NCBI GenBank assembly: GCA_958009085.1
Contig: OY253674.1
Coordinates: 558,001 to 622,000 of the forward strand
DNA: 64,000 bases
Direction of reading: 5' to 3'
From: Protoeuglena noctilucae
Lineage: Eukaryota
Made by a program: the position numbers and the translations under genes. The notes under the pieces were generated by a model. That model was not told the origin of the DNA. It did no database searches and saw only the letters and a program-made list of their open reading frames with translations. This document shows, piece after piece, positions 50,646-64,000 of the stretch; positions within the stretch are counted from its first letter, which is position 1, and every line of letters starts with the position of its first letter.

Positions 50646-53277
50646 TCACTGCAGGCCGGGGCGCGTCCTGCGCTTCCGGCCCTCCCCCTGCTGCACGCGG
50701 TCCTCCTCGTCGCTGAGACTGCCGAGCTCCGACTCCTCAGCGGCCTCTGCCACCTGCCGCTCCAGCTGCCTGGGGTCACAACGACAAGCAGGGGCGGGGT
50801 CAAGGTTCTCAGATGGAAGCATGCGGGCGGGTGAAGACGCAGCGACATAAGAGGCAACGATTGGTGAGACGTAAGACGTGCGGGCAAGGTGGCCGAGCGT
50901 GGAGGGAGGCGCTGCGCCAGAAACGCACCGCAGCCTCATGATGGAGGGCGACGTGGACAGGTCGCTGTCGTTGCCGTCCTCGAGAGACGCGAGCTTGAGG
51001 CGCGCCACTGCCGCTGCCGCCGCCGCGAACTCCTTCTCTTGGATCTCCTGCGATTGCACAGGCACGGCATCGTACCGTCATGACACGAGACCAACCCCAA
51101 ACGCTGCCCTTGGCAGCCCTGCCCTGCCCTGCGCGCCCTGGCCAGCGTCGCACTCACCTGCGCCACCTCCTGCTGGACCTCGTTGAGTTGGTTCTGGAGG
51201 CTCTCGTAACGGGTCATGATCTCCTGGCGGCGCGAGCTGAACTGGCTGGGGAAGAAGCTGGGGAAGTAGCGCTGCAGGAATCCGAAGATGAGGACGTGGC
51301 CAACGGGCGTGAGGGGCGCGAGGAGGATGATCGTGAAGGGCACGAACGACAGCATGTCCCGCGCCGTGCGGCGGAGGGCCGTGACCTCCCGGGGCTTCAG
51401 AGTGCCCCCCATGGCCGCCCGCATGAACACGCGCCCGGCAGCGCCCAGGTCCGAGCCCATCAGCCTGCGCGGAGCACGGGGTGGGGTCGATGCGATGCGA
51501 TTTAACACCACAGCGCATGCACGGATTGACTTGTCCTGGGTTGTGCCCTGTGCCCCCTGCCCACAACGCACCGGAGACCCCGGGAGAAGAACTGGACGCC
51601 CTCCAGCACCTTCCCCGCCGATTCCTTGAAGCTCAGCTGCAGCCGCCTCGGGCTAAGCGGTCCCGGGCCTCCGAAGACCTGCGGAAAGGGATGCGTGCGT
51701 GTGATGCCCCTGCCCTAGCCCCAATGCACCTGCCGGACCCCGCAGGTCCACACCACCGCACCTTCCCGTCGTTGATCCCCAGGCGGATGCGCATGTCAGG
51801 GATCTCCTGGGCCAGCCTCGCCAACGCGTCGTCCCGGGCCACCGCCGCGGCCCACCCCGCATCCTTCGTGACGTCCGCAGCCGGCAGCAGCTCCTGGATC
51901 TCCTCGGCGAGCAGCTCGTACTCCGCCACAAGCAGCGCGACCTCGTCGGAGGTGCCCATGCGGACGGGCGGCACCTGTGGGTTGTCCCAGAGTGACTCGG
52001 GCGTGATGTCCAGCGCCTCCTCCTCCAAGGCGGCGAAGATGTACTCGAGCTGCAGCTGGAGCGTCCGGACGGCCAGCGCGCGCGACACGGCCATCACGCG
52101 GGCATCCAGGTCCCGCAGCTCCGTGGCCAGCAGGGCGCGGCTTTCGATGCCCGCCGACCGCAGCCGCCCCTCGCGGCGCTTGCTCGCGTCCTGCAGCTCC
52201 TTCTCCAGGCGCTCGATCTCCAGCGCGAGGTCGTCCAGCCCCTCCTGCACCTCGGCCCGCGAGTTGGACGGCAGCGGCAGGCCCCGGGGCGTCACGGTCT
52301 GCGCCCGACGGCCCCCGCCGTTCAGCCGCACCCACACGTCCCGCGCCCACGACGCCGCCTCCTTCACGGTGCTCCCGGGCGTCTCCGCGGCCATCTCCAC
52401 GTACGGCTTGACGGTGCGAGACACGAACCGCTCCACGTTCTTCTCGGCCTTCTCCAGGCGCCTGCGGGGGTCGCCGGGACTCCTCAATGACCGCGACCGA
52501 AGAGCCCCTGGCTTCGGCCCAGGAAACACGTGGCGAGAAGGTGCGGGCGGTCCGTGGGAGCGCCGGCGCCATGACCACAGCGCGCATCGCGACTACGAAA
52601 CTCACTTCATGGGGCTGGTGGCCTCCGAGCCCTTGCTCTTGGGTTTTTGCAGCCCCAGCTTCTGCATGACGGCCTGCTTGACCTCGTTCTTGGTCAGGGC
52701 GCCGCTGGCCAGCTGCAGCTCACGGTCGACACGCGCCGCCAGGCCCAGGTGCGTCTCCTTCACGCGCGCCTTGATCTGCGCCAGGGTGTCCGCCCGGCCC
52801 TCGAACACGCGCAACGCGTCGTTGCGATCGAGCACCGCCCGCATCATCCGCAGCTGCTCCCCCGTCACGGCCATCTCCGCAATGAGCTCCAGCGCGTCCT
52901 CCACCCGCTCCTGCACGGCCGGCTCCACCTCGTCGTCCGCGAGCTCCTCCCGCTCCTCCTCCGAAAGCGGACGGTAGAATCCTTCAGGTAAGTTCAGCCA
53001 CCGCTCGCCCCTGCACGCGGGGAGCAGCGAGGACGTCGCCGTTGTCGCCACCCACGGGCGCCGCGTCCGGGAGGCCGCGAGGCGCGCCCCTCACCGTATC
53101 AAGTTCCGGTAGATTTTGCGAATGCCCACGAGGGCCTGCAGCCTCTGGATGCGGTCGGCGTAGTTGATGCGAGTGGGTCGGGCCGACAAAGCCGGGGACG
53201 ACGCTCCAGACGTGGTGGCGTGGCCGCTGCTGCGCTGCGGCTGCGCGGACTCCACACCCTCCGACTTGGCCCTGCAT
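50646..53277 (-). CDS. LETM1-like chloroplast protein
   Basis: Transit-like start, coiled coils, then [75 protein letters not shown]. Confidence 0.8.
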
Positions 53278-54225
53278 GGCCGCAGGAGATCCCTGCGGCG
53301 CGCGACGGCATCTAGTGATCCAGCATGACGGGCCTGTGCGCGTTCGATGAGCGGCGAACCGACGGCCCAACTCCGCAGACAGAAAGAGACATCGCAGGTG
53401 CCTCCGCGTCAGCCACGTTCGAACGACGCGGGCCACGCGGCGCAGCGGGAGCGACTCAGGGGCAGGGACCCACTCGTCGCTCGCGTCGCGCACACGGCGC
53501 GCCGCCGAGCGTCCCTGCCCCACAGTGGCGAGTCCACAAAGATCGCAAGAAACGGGGTGGTAGCTGCAGTGCCCGCCGCACCAGCGGCGGAGGAGCGGGG
53601 GCAGGTGCCCCGTCGCCTGCACCGCGCTTCATCCGAGGCCGAGGTTCCCGGCAGCTGCCCGCGGCGTCCGCCCCACGGCAAAACCATCCCCCGTCACCTT
53701 CTCTTCTCCAAGCGAGCTTGTAGAAGCGGCTGCGCCCCTGGACGGCGCGGAGCAGGGCGACTGCTCGCGGCCAGTGCGCGAACGCTCGGCGCGAGCCCCA
53801 ACGCATTCCACGTCATCGCCCCAACGACTCGGGCGACCGTGCGGGAGCACTGAGCGATGCCGGCTGGCCCGGAGCGACCAACAACGCGCCCGTCCCGCGG
53901 ATCCCGTCGTCGACGCGCAGGCGGAATGCGCGTCCGCTTTTACATACGCATGTCGTATCCCGTGCGAGCCAGGTCCCGCAGCTATCTTGCGAGACCTGGC
54001 CCGACAGTCAGACACTCAGTGTCACACTGAGGCAGCCGGGGCAGACTCCGCACCCAAACGACCCTTCTCCCTCCAGAACGCCGATACAGAGCAGTCGGAG
54101 TTGCACGGTGTCAGCATCGCCGCCATCGCCGCTCTGCGCTCGTCAAGGCAGGGCAACGTGGCACGGAGGGGCCGTGCAGGGACTGCAAGGAGCGCCTCTC
54201 GGCGGAGCGTGGGGTGGGCGTGACG

Positions 54226-55661
54226 ATGAAAGTGACGGTCGTCAGCCGCAGCGGCAGGGTCCTGGTGGAGGCCCTCGAGATGAAGAACACGGTGCGTGTG
54301 CGCATTTCCGCCCTTGCTCCCAGACCTAGGGCCCTGGGCGCTTGCGCTGTCGCTGTCTCGCATCTCTTAGCTACGATATCTTCATTTACCGAGCGTGTAG
54401 ACGCCTGCTGCGCCCTCCGAGTCGGCATCGTTGTTGGCGCGCAGGACACGGTGGGGGACCTCAAGGACCGCGTGAAGCAGTCCCTCAAGGTCGGAAAGGA
54501 GCGGCAGAGGCTCACGATAGATGACCCGAAGGGCGGGAAGCCCGTCGTGCTGGGACAGGACGACGTGCAGCTCCGGTGGGCCCGGCGCCCTGGCATCACT
54601 GTGGCATGTGAAGGTGTTTTGAAACGGCTCGGAAGCGCAAGACCCGCTTCTCCTTCCCACAGGTCGATTGGGTCCGGCCGGGACATGAAGGTCGTCTTCA
54701 AGGACCTGGGCCCGCAAGTCGCCTACCGCACGGTCTTCATTGTGGAGTATCTCCTGCCCCTGTCCCTCTACGTCCTCGTCTTCCTCGCCCGCGACAAGCT
54801 CTTCCCCGCCCAGGGCGTCCCGTGAGCTTTCCCTCCGACGCTGCGCCCGGGCGCTCAGGCCCTCGCGTCTCGGACGCCCGTCCCACAGCACGTTCCGCCC
54901 GCAGGATCTCGAGGAAGGACGCATTCCCGTCCCGGGCCCAGACTCTCGCGCTGGCCTACTGGGTGTTCCACTACCTCAAACGCATCGCGGAGACGGTCTT
55001 TGTGCATAAGTTCTCCCATGCCACCATGCCCATCAGCGGCATGGTCCGCAACTGCACCTACTACGGACTGGCGGGGTTCGTCGTCTCCTACTTCATCAAC
55101 CACCCCGCCTACACCAACCCGAACCTCATGGTGCGCCTCCCGACCCTGCAGCTGCGCATGTTGCTGACAACGCACATGGCCGCCTGGCCTCACCCGGGCG
55201 CTCCTTCCTCCCTCGCAGCCCTACCAGGACGTCGTGTTCCTGGCTCTGGGGATGGCCATGCAGGGCGTCAACCTGGGCTGCCACCTGCATCTCGCGTCCC
55301 TGCGCAAGGAGGGCGACACGGGCTACCGCATGCCCACGTGGGGTCCCTTCCGCTTCATCGCCTGCCCCAACTACACGGCCGAGATCATCGGGTGGATCTG
55401 CTTCTCCATCGCCACGCAGACCCTCCCCAGCGTCGCATTCACTCTGCTGGGGATGTACCAGGTGGGACGCTGCTGCTGGTCGCTTGCACGGGCGCTGGCA
55501 CGGTCGCTTGCACGGCCGCTGCCATGCGGCGGGGGTTGCGAAGCGGCGCCGTGCCTGTGTCGCAGATGGGCCAGTGGGCCGTGCAAAAGTACAAGAGGCT
55601 GCGTCAGCAGTTCAAGGAGGCCTACCCGGCGAGGTACAAGATGCTACCGCCATTCTTCTGA
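54226..55661 (+). CDS. ECR: Very-long-chain enoyl-CoA reductase (TECR/CER10)
   Basis: MKVTVVSRSGR ubiquitin-like N-terminus, FKDLGPQVAYRTVFIVEY, HYLKRIAETVFVHKFSHATMP, RNCTYY, CPNYTAEI, QMGQWA and LPPFF*. Confidence 0.93.
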
Positions 55662-55787
55662 GGGTGGGGTCAAGTGCGGGAGAGAAAGCTGGAGTGGACA
55701 TGCAGGGCCTGTCACAGCGCAGTGATCGATCTAGAGCACGCTGGCAAAGGAATGAACCAGGTCCAATGCATGGCTGGCTGTGTCTCG

Positions 55788-57687
55788 CTAGTCGCTGCAT
55801 GCCTCGCTGCCGGTGCAGTAGGGCACGTCGACTCCCTGGGCCCAAAGCATGAGCAGAGTGCGCACGATGTACTCGTGCAGGTGACTCCGCTGCATGATGA
55901 AGCGCATCATCTCCCGGCCCCTCCTTGCCACCTCAGCGCACTCCTCGGGGTGTTGCCTGCACTTGCCGGCGTAGCAGAGCATCGTGAGCGTCGATCGCCG
56001 ATCAACACCATCCATGTCACACACACGTGTCACGCTGCGGCGCACCTGGCCCATGCTATGCGGTCCTCCAAGTCGCTGCCGTCTGGAGCGAGAGCCAGGT
56101 AGTGCACCCCCTCCTGCATCAGAGGCCACCAATAGGCGTAGAGTTCTGGCGGTCGCCGCGCAACCCACACGGTGCATCCCATCAGGAAGAGGTTGGGGAG
56201 ACGGGCGCTGTAGCCGTTGCCCCGGAGGTCGATGCAGTGCCGGTATTCTGCCCATCCCCGCATTGGGATGGACAGCCTGCGTGCTCAGGTAGAGTAACGA
56301 CGTGGTCAGGCCAAGCGCTGTTCACCAGTGGGGCGCTTGGCAACTGTCGGGGGATTGGCTCTCACCCACTCTTCGGCTGGCCAGAGAAAGGTGGTGGGGC
56401 ATCGTGTATCTCCAAAAACGGCGCCGGGTCCGGCCGCCGCTCCGCCAGGCGATGGCTCGCATCCACGAACACCCGGCGGTCTCTGCAAGGATTGGGAACA
56501 TGAGCGGGGGAGGGAGCATGCGTGGGGACGTGAGCGGGGGCGCTGGCATGGCATCGGGCGCTGCCTGCCCCGAATGGCACATGCCCGTCGCCTTTGCTCG
56601 TCGCAGCTCACGGGGAAACGGCCACGGAGCCGACCCAGACCCACGCCTCCTTGCGAGTGTCCCAGGGGTGATCTTTGCTGTACTCCTCGCCCCACGTCGC
56701 GAATTGCTCCAGGCTCGCCATGCCTTCGATCTCCGGGTAGCCCACGATGAAGGGGTCCGGCAGGGGGACGGGATATCCGAGGGTGGTGCTGCGGTGACCG
56801 AACGCCGCGATGGGCAACGGCCGTGGTGCCAACGGCGATGGCCGCGGCCCCAGCGTCCCTTCTCTCAGACTCTGTCTATATTGGCCATCCGGGCTCGCTC
56901 ACCCTACGAGGGGGTAGAGCTGGCTGTCCTGGACCTCGACGCCGTCCTGCCGGTCCGACGTCGTCACTGCAAAGACCACGTCCGGCACCAACCCAGGGAA
57001 GGCCGCCAGCGCTTCCCTCACGAGCGCCTTGAAGAGCACGCCCCGACTCTCGTACTGGGGCTTCTCCCAGAGCTCCACCAGCTCCCCGTTCTTCACCCTG
57101 CGCAAACAGACGCGACGCTGTGTGTGCGCTGTGCCTGGCACACACCCCTCAAAGAGGCCCTTGGCTGCGCGAGCTCACTCCAGGCCCATGAAATTATTGC
57201 GGCTTCCCCAATGGTCGCTCCGGGGACCGTCGCGTAGCACGTAGCTGCGCCACGCCGGCGTGCTGTACGGCTGCACAGGCGAGGCGGGGGCCGTGAGGGA
57301 GGGCACGGCCCTGTACGATTTGGGGAGCGTTGGAACCTCGAACGACTCCCCGCGCAGGGCCAGCGGATCGTCCAGCGCCACCTCCGTTCCGTCCAGCACA
57401 CGGAACCGGTCTCTGCTCGTGCACAGGCAGTGCACCTTCGGCGCGCTCTTCCACTGCAGGCCCTCCGCAGAGACTACACGACTCCTGCGGCTCCAGGCCA
57501 GCACGAGGGCGCCGAAGACAAGCGATGCCACCAACAAGATCGCCTGCGGGTGCGTCGCGTCGAAATCATCGCCATCCGACCGTGGAGCGAGGTTTGGATG
57601 TGCCAAGGCAACGGTGCTCGTGTGGAAACTCACGCCGATGTGACGGGTCGGGCGCTTCGCCGCGGGGTCTTTGCCGTGCTCCTCCAT
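55788..57687 (-). CDS. Glycosyltransferase family 90 (CAP10 domain), type II membrane
   Basis: N-terminal TM; PDVVFAV.TSD, PWDTRKEAWVW.GS, YRHCIDLRGNGYSARL..L, WWPLMQEGVHY, DLEDRIAW and EECAEVARRG. Confidence 0.8.
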
Positions 57688-57897
57688 TGGAACCCGAGCT
57701 ACGTCGCCCCGCTGAGCCGCTCAGCACGTGGTTAGCCCCATCGTGAGGCCGTTCCCACTCCAAATGATGCAGCCCAGCGTCGGCCTGCCATCGCCAGGCA
57801 GCCAGCTACCGCTAAGCAACGCCTGTGTAAGCATTGCGCCACAGCTAAAGCTTTCAATTCGGAGATCTTGAGCCAGAAACATTGCTCTGAAATGCTT

Positions 57898-59327
57898 CTA
57901 GCCGTTGATGATGCTCTCCGACGCGCTCGCGAACAGGAACGGGTCCGTCCCGAAGAGAAGCACAGCGTAGGGATCCTGCTCCACCGCCTCGAAGGGTCCC
58001 TCCGGGTGGGACCGGAACGTGTTCCATCCGTGCTCGTAGGTCCACGCCGCCTGCAGATCGAACGACTGGCAGTACGACCGCTTCGCCAGGAACGAGTCCA
58101 GGAGCCGCCACGCCGACTCCCGGCGCAGCATATACGCCACGGGGCACAGCGCCGTCCAGAGGGGCGTCACGCCCTCCCCGACCGGTTGGCCCCTTGCTGC
58201 CCACGTGAGGCAGTGCTCGTTGCCCAGGTAGAGCGCGCCCCACGCCCTGCATGTGACGGACATGAGGGCCGGGGCCGCGTGTGCAATGATGGAGTCGGCG
58301 CCCCCTGCCCGCGATGCGGCGTGTGCGTGTGCGAAATCACCTTGGAAGGGCATTGAGGCGGTCTATCAAGATGTTCTTGAGCGGCCTGCCTATCAGCCGG
58401 TCGGTGAGGACGGCGAAGTCGTCCTCGAGGATCATCGCCACGTCGTCCTTGCCAAACGCCACGCTCGCCACGGCGCGGATGTGCCCAAACGCCGCACCCT
58501 GGTTCTGCAAAGAGGGCGTGGACATGGGAATGGAGCGGGTAAGCTTTATCTGTTGCAGTGATAAGCTAGCTCCAACTCGCAAGCAATCATACTCACCTTG
58601 AGGCCGTGGAGGAAATCGGCCCTCTCCTTGTCGGTCATGTTTCCAGCCTTGTACCTCGCGTGCTGCTCCTTGTACTGCCTCGCGTCTGCCTCTGGCAGGA
58701 AGTGCCGCACCATCCCGTCGTTGAGCTCCTCGCCGCTGCCGCCCTCCACGCCCCAAACGAAGCGAAGGTCGAGCCCGTGCTCCGCCGCGCTCCTGCGTGC
58801 CAGGGATTGGACAATGCGCGTCACACCATGTCAGGCTTGCCGCGGAGATGGCGGGCCTGGGGCTGTGGGAGTGGTAGCACCTCTTCGCGGCCTCGTGGCG
58901 CTCCGACGAGTACATGGCCACCACGTAGGCTGGCATGGGCAGCTGGTCCGCGCCGTACTCGGCTACGTGAGGATGCCCTGGCTTGTACTGGTACCGCGGG
59001 CTCCTGGAGAGAACGCTCTCGACCTCCGCATGGGTCATCATCATCTCGGCGCCCGACACTGCCGACGGGCTCTTGAGGCGCGGGAGGAACTTGGGCAAGT
59101 GCTGCCTCCCATGACGCGACGACCTGGCCGCGATCAGCAACACGATGCCAAGCACCGCCACCAGAAGCACGGACATTCCCAGGAGGAGAAAGCGAGGCCT
59201 GGTGGCATCTGCGAGCGATGAGGAGCAGCCCCGCTTGTCTAGAAGCGACAACAACACGACAAGCTCTCCCAGCAATCGTTCCTGGGGCCAAACCTTTGCG
59301 TTCGGGAGCAGCGGCACGATTTTTCAT
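57898..59327 (-). CDS. Glycosyltransferase family 25-like, type II membrane
   Basis: MKNRAAAPERK|DATRPRFLLLGMSVLLVAVLGIVLLI TM; YVVAMYSSER, FVWGVEG, GAAFGHIRA...AMILEDD and CPVAYML. Confidence 0.7.
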
Positions 59328-59603
59328 CACCCCGGGCAGGCCGACGCCTCCCTGCCTGTCGCATCCAATGTAATTTTAACGCAAATAATTCGCGTTTGCT
59401 CCCCGGCGAGGCTCCTTCAATCCCTCGGGCTGAGTCAGGGACTGCGCCAGACGCCAGGGGTTTCCGAGAGGGCTCGCACGTGAGCAACGTGGGGCTGACG
59501 CTGATTAGGGCCGGTTCAAGAGCATGCGGAAGCAGCGGGCTAAAGGCATGCGCGCCAGGGGCGCCCCCTCCACGAGCTGGGCATGCGACCCTTGAGTGCT
59601 CGC

Positions 59604-61310
<1,707 letters not shown>

Positions 61311-61714
61311 ACACGACACTTTTATGGCGCGATATCGGGAATCGGCGGACCGGAGGCGCGGGTGTCGTCGCGCAAGGTGGCCCACCCTCGGAACCCCGCC
61401 CCGGCGCCCGGAGGGGGCCTCGAATCGCCCGACACGATGCGGTCCGAAACCATGTACAAAAGAGCTCGTCGACATCAAAAGTCAAGCGCTCCCAGACCCC
61501 GGCGCCTCGAAACACTCACCGGCCTGGAGGCCGCCCGATGCGGCAACGGTGCAAGAGATCGAGGCAAGCATCTTGGCCACCGAGCTTGTGTCAGTCGAAT
61601 TTGGCGACCCGAGGGTTCCCGAACCGAGAAAAGGCTCTGAGCCGCGCAATGACCCCGCCTGAAAGTGGTTTGCTGTGCAACGAGATAGTGGACTTCAAGC
61701 TTCTACTCATGGCT

Positions 61715-62769
61715 CTAGGCCTTGCAGAGGACGTCGTTCTGCCGCAGCGCCACGTACTTCTTCCCGTCCGGCGTTTCGAGGGGATCCCCGGCGTACTTGA
61801 AGTACACGACCCTGTCGCCCACCTGGAGCTCCATCGGCTCGTCCTGCGCGCGCGAGTCGGCGTCTGCCTCGAGGCACGCTCCCACGCCGCGGCAGAGGCA
61901 ACGCACAAGCGCCGACAGTGACCGGGCTCGCCTTGGTCCCCCAGCCGACGGCCACGACCTCCCCCATGACGGGCTTCTCCTTGGCGGCGCTCGGCAGCAG
62001 CACCCCGCCCACCGTCACGTCCGACTCCTCCGTCACCCGCACCAGGACGCGCGTGCCGACCGGCTGCATCTGCGGGATGTCGGCCGCGTTCACGTCCGAC
62101 TTCGGCATGACCCCGATGCAGTCGTCCTCGCGGATGAGGAGGTGGGGCTGCCCGTTGACCTCCACGTCGGTGCACCCGATGCCGAAGCGGCCGTACAGGA
62201 CCGTGGTCCCCGGCTGAAGCTTCATCTCCAAGGTCTCGCCCTCCACCTTGCCATCCCCGACGGCCACGACATCCCCCGCCGTCGGCCTCTGCGGGGCAGT
62301 CGGGGTGGGTCGGGGTGGGCGCAGGAGGCACCCGGTGCGTCGCCCTCGCCGAGCCGCTCAAACCCACACCTTGCGGACAGAGTCGGGGAGGATAATGCCC
62401 CCCGCAGTCTTCTCCTCGGCCGGTGCGACCTTGAGCAGCACCAGGTCTCCCTTGGGCGTCACCTGCGCACTCGCGGAGGCCGCTGGGGATCGCTCGCGCG
62501 CACGCAGAGCAGGTCCCATCCAGACAGACGCGGCAGGGAAGGCAGATGTGGGACATACGCAGCGAGCTCGCGCCCACAGCGCTCGCCGAGCCGCGTTCTA
62601 GAAATGTGGCAGCCTGGGACGGCTGGAGGGACCGGCGTGGGCCAGCCGCTCTCACCGTCTTGAACTGGGCGGGGATAGGCACCGCCTGCGCCCGCGCGAC
62701 CACCAGACCGCGAGAGGGGCCTGCGGGCGGGGCGACCCGGACCCCCAGGAACGATGGCGCCTGAGACAT
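61715..62769 (-). CDS. CPN20: Chloroplast 20-kDa co-chaperonin (double GroES domain)
   Basis: Transit peptide; PKGDLVLLK...KTAGGIILP and PVGTRVLVR...TVGGVLLP...VYFKYAG; last intron is GC-AG. Confidence 0.92.
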
Positions 62770-62932
62770 GGGCGCGATGAGATCACAAGTTCCACCAACT
62801 TTGTCGGTGACGATTCGGCCCGCCGTCGCGTCGCCCCCGCGCTCTAAGCCGGGGATAACGAATTCTGACAAAGTGAAAAGCCTTCCAGGGACTCCCCGGC
62901 GCCCGCCGCCCGACTTCATTCGCTTGCGCAAC

Positions 62933-64000
62933 ATGTCGAACCTCGTCGCGTGCCGCGGGGCCCCGGTCTCGGGCCTTTGCAAGGCGGGCAGGGCGAGGGA
63001 TGGGCTCCCTGGTCCGCTAGGCCGGGCATTGCGCCCGACATGGACTTTCGAGGTGCGTAAGGCCGTCGCGCTCATGCTCGACTTGACCCAACAGCCCCAG
63101 CGACGGCCGCGAAGCATGGCTTTTGTTCGCGCCATTGCCGTCGCACATCGGCTGCCGTGCCAGGCCTCCTGCCGCTGCCACGGGGTCGTTTTGTTCGTCA
63201 GGTGGCGCGCATGTCGCCGCAGACGTCCACGGTGCAGCCTCGACACGAGTCTCGGGGGATATCCGCCACCTGCGTGACGCATCGCAGCCAAAGCCTGAAC
63301 CCTGGCTCGCTAACTCGCGGGACTTGCTGCGCCGCAGTTGTCGACTGAGGGGAGGAGGGCGGCGGTCATCGTGGCTGCGGCAGCGGAGGCGCCGGCGTCG
63401 ACCAAGACCTCACGCAAGCCCCCCTTCCCGTTCGTCAAGGTCGTGGGGCAAGACGAGCTCAAGCTGGCCCTCATTCTGAACGTCATCGACCCACAGGTGC
63501 CCCCCCGCGTGATGTCTAGTCCCCGGTCGCGCTCAGCCGCGGCCATCGACCCCGCATGATGGCCCTGCCGTTGCAGATCGGGGGGGTCCTCATCCTGGGA
63601 GACCGGGGCACCGCCAAATCGGTGGCCGTCCGCGCGCTCGTGGACCTGCTGCCGGAGATCGATGTGGTGCCCGGGGACGACTTCAACTCCTCCCCGACAG
63701 ACCCCAAGCTCATGGGACCGGACGCCCTGGCGCGCCTGAATGCCGGCGAGGCGAGTTGGCCCAGACGCGCAGCCTGCGGCGTTTACAGGTAACGTCCGAG
63801 AGGTGTTTGCCACATATCTCGTCTCTCGTCCCACCCGGCTTGCCCGCTGCGCCGCAGACGCTCCCGTCGGTCAAGGTCCCGACGCCGCTGGTGGAGCTGC
63901 CGCTCGGGGCGACGGAGGACCGCATCTGCGGGACGATCGACATCGAGGCCGCTCTCAAGGAGGGCGTCAAGGCGTTCGAGCCTGGCCTGCTCGCCAAGGC
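62933..64000 (+). CDS. CHLI2: Magnesium chelatase subunit I, CHLI2 type (5' part; start approximate)
   Basis: [72 protein letters not shown] and FEPGLLAKA. Confidence 0.88.

Noticed and set aside
53278..54225. ORFs in the ~950-bp LETM1-like/ECR divergent gap
   Set aside because: No coding signature or domain; treated as promoter/UTR.

Overview
Gene-dense, very GC-rich, intron-containing eukaryotic nuclear DNA, most consistent with a green alga (Chlorophyta). The evidence is plastid transit peptides, GSA, CHLI2, CPN20 and spliceosomal introns of about 60-200 nt. About 22 protein-coding genes were reconstructed by hand-splicing the ORF track: MAPK, PP1 inhibitor-2, a CUE/TPR/Smr protein, LYRM7/MZM1, metacaspase, GlnRS, PheRS-beta, GSA, a bromodomain protein (interrupted by a 200-N gap), a ~3,000-aa tail-anchored golgin/TNO1-like coiled coil, a chlorophyllase-like hydrolase, HSP10, a LETM1-like protein, ECR/TECR, GT90, GT25, a plastid-type GAPC, CPN20, CHLI2 and several unknowns. 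No rRNA, tRNA, CRISPR array or transposon was recognised. Most notable: (1) a probable bicistronic locus in which an intron removes the spacer between LYRM7 and a plastid-type ORF, leaving 6 nt between stop and start, with no internal AUG in ORF1; (2) an unusually high frequency of GC-AG introns (at least 14); (3) a CUE-TPR-CUE-CUE-Smr fusion nuclease; (4) a possible stand-alone dynein-stalk-like domain; (5) structured long introns. All gene models are manual and unverified by transcript data.
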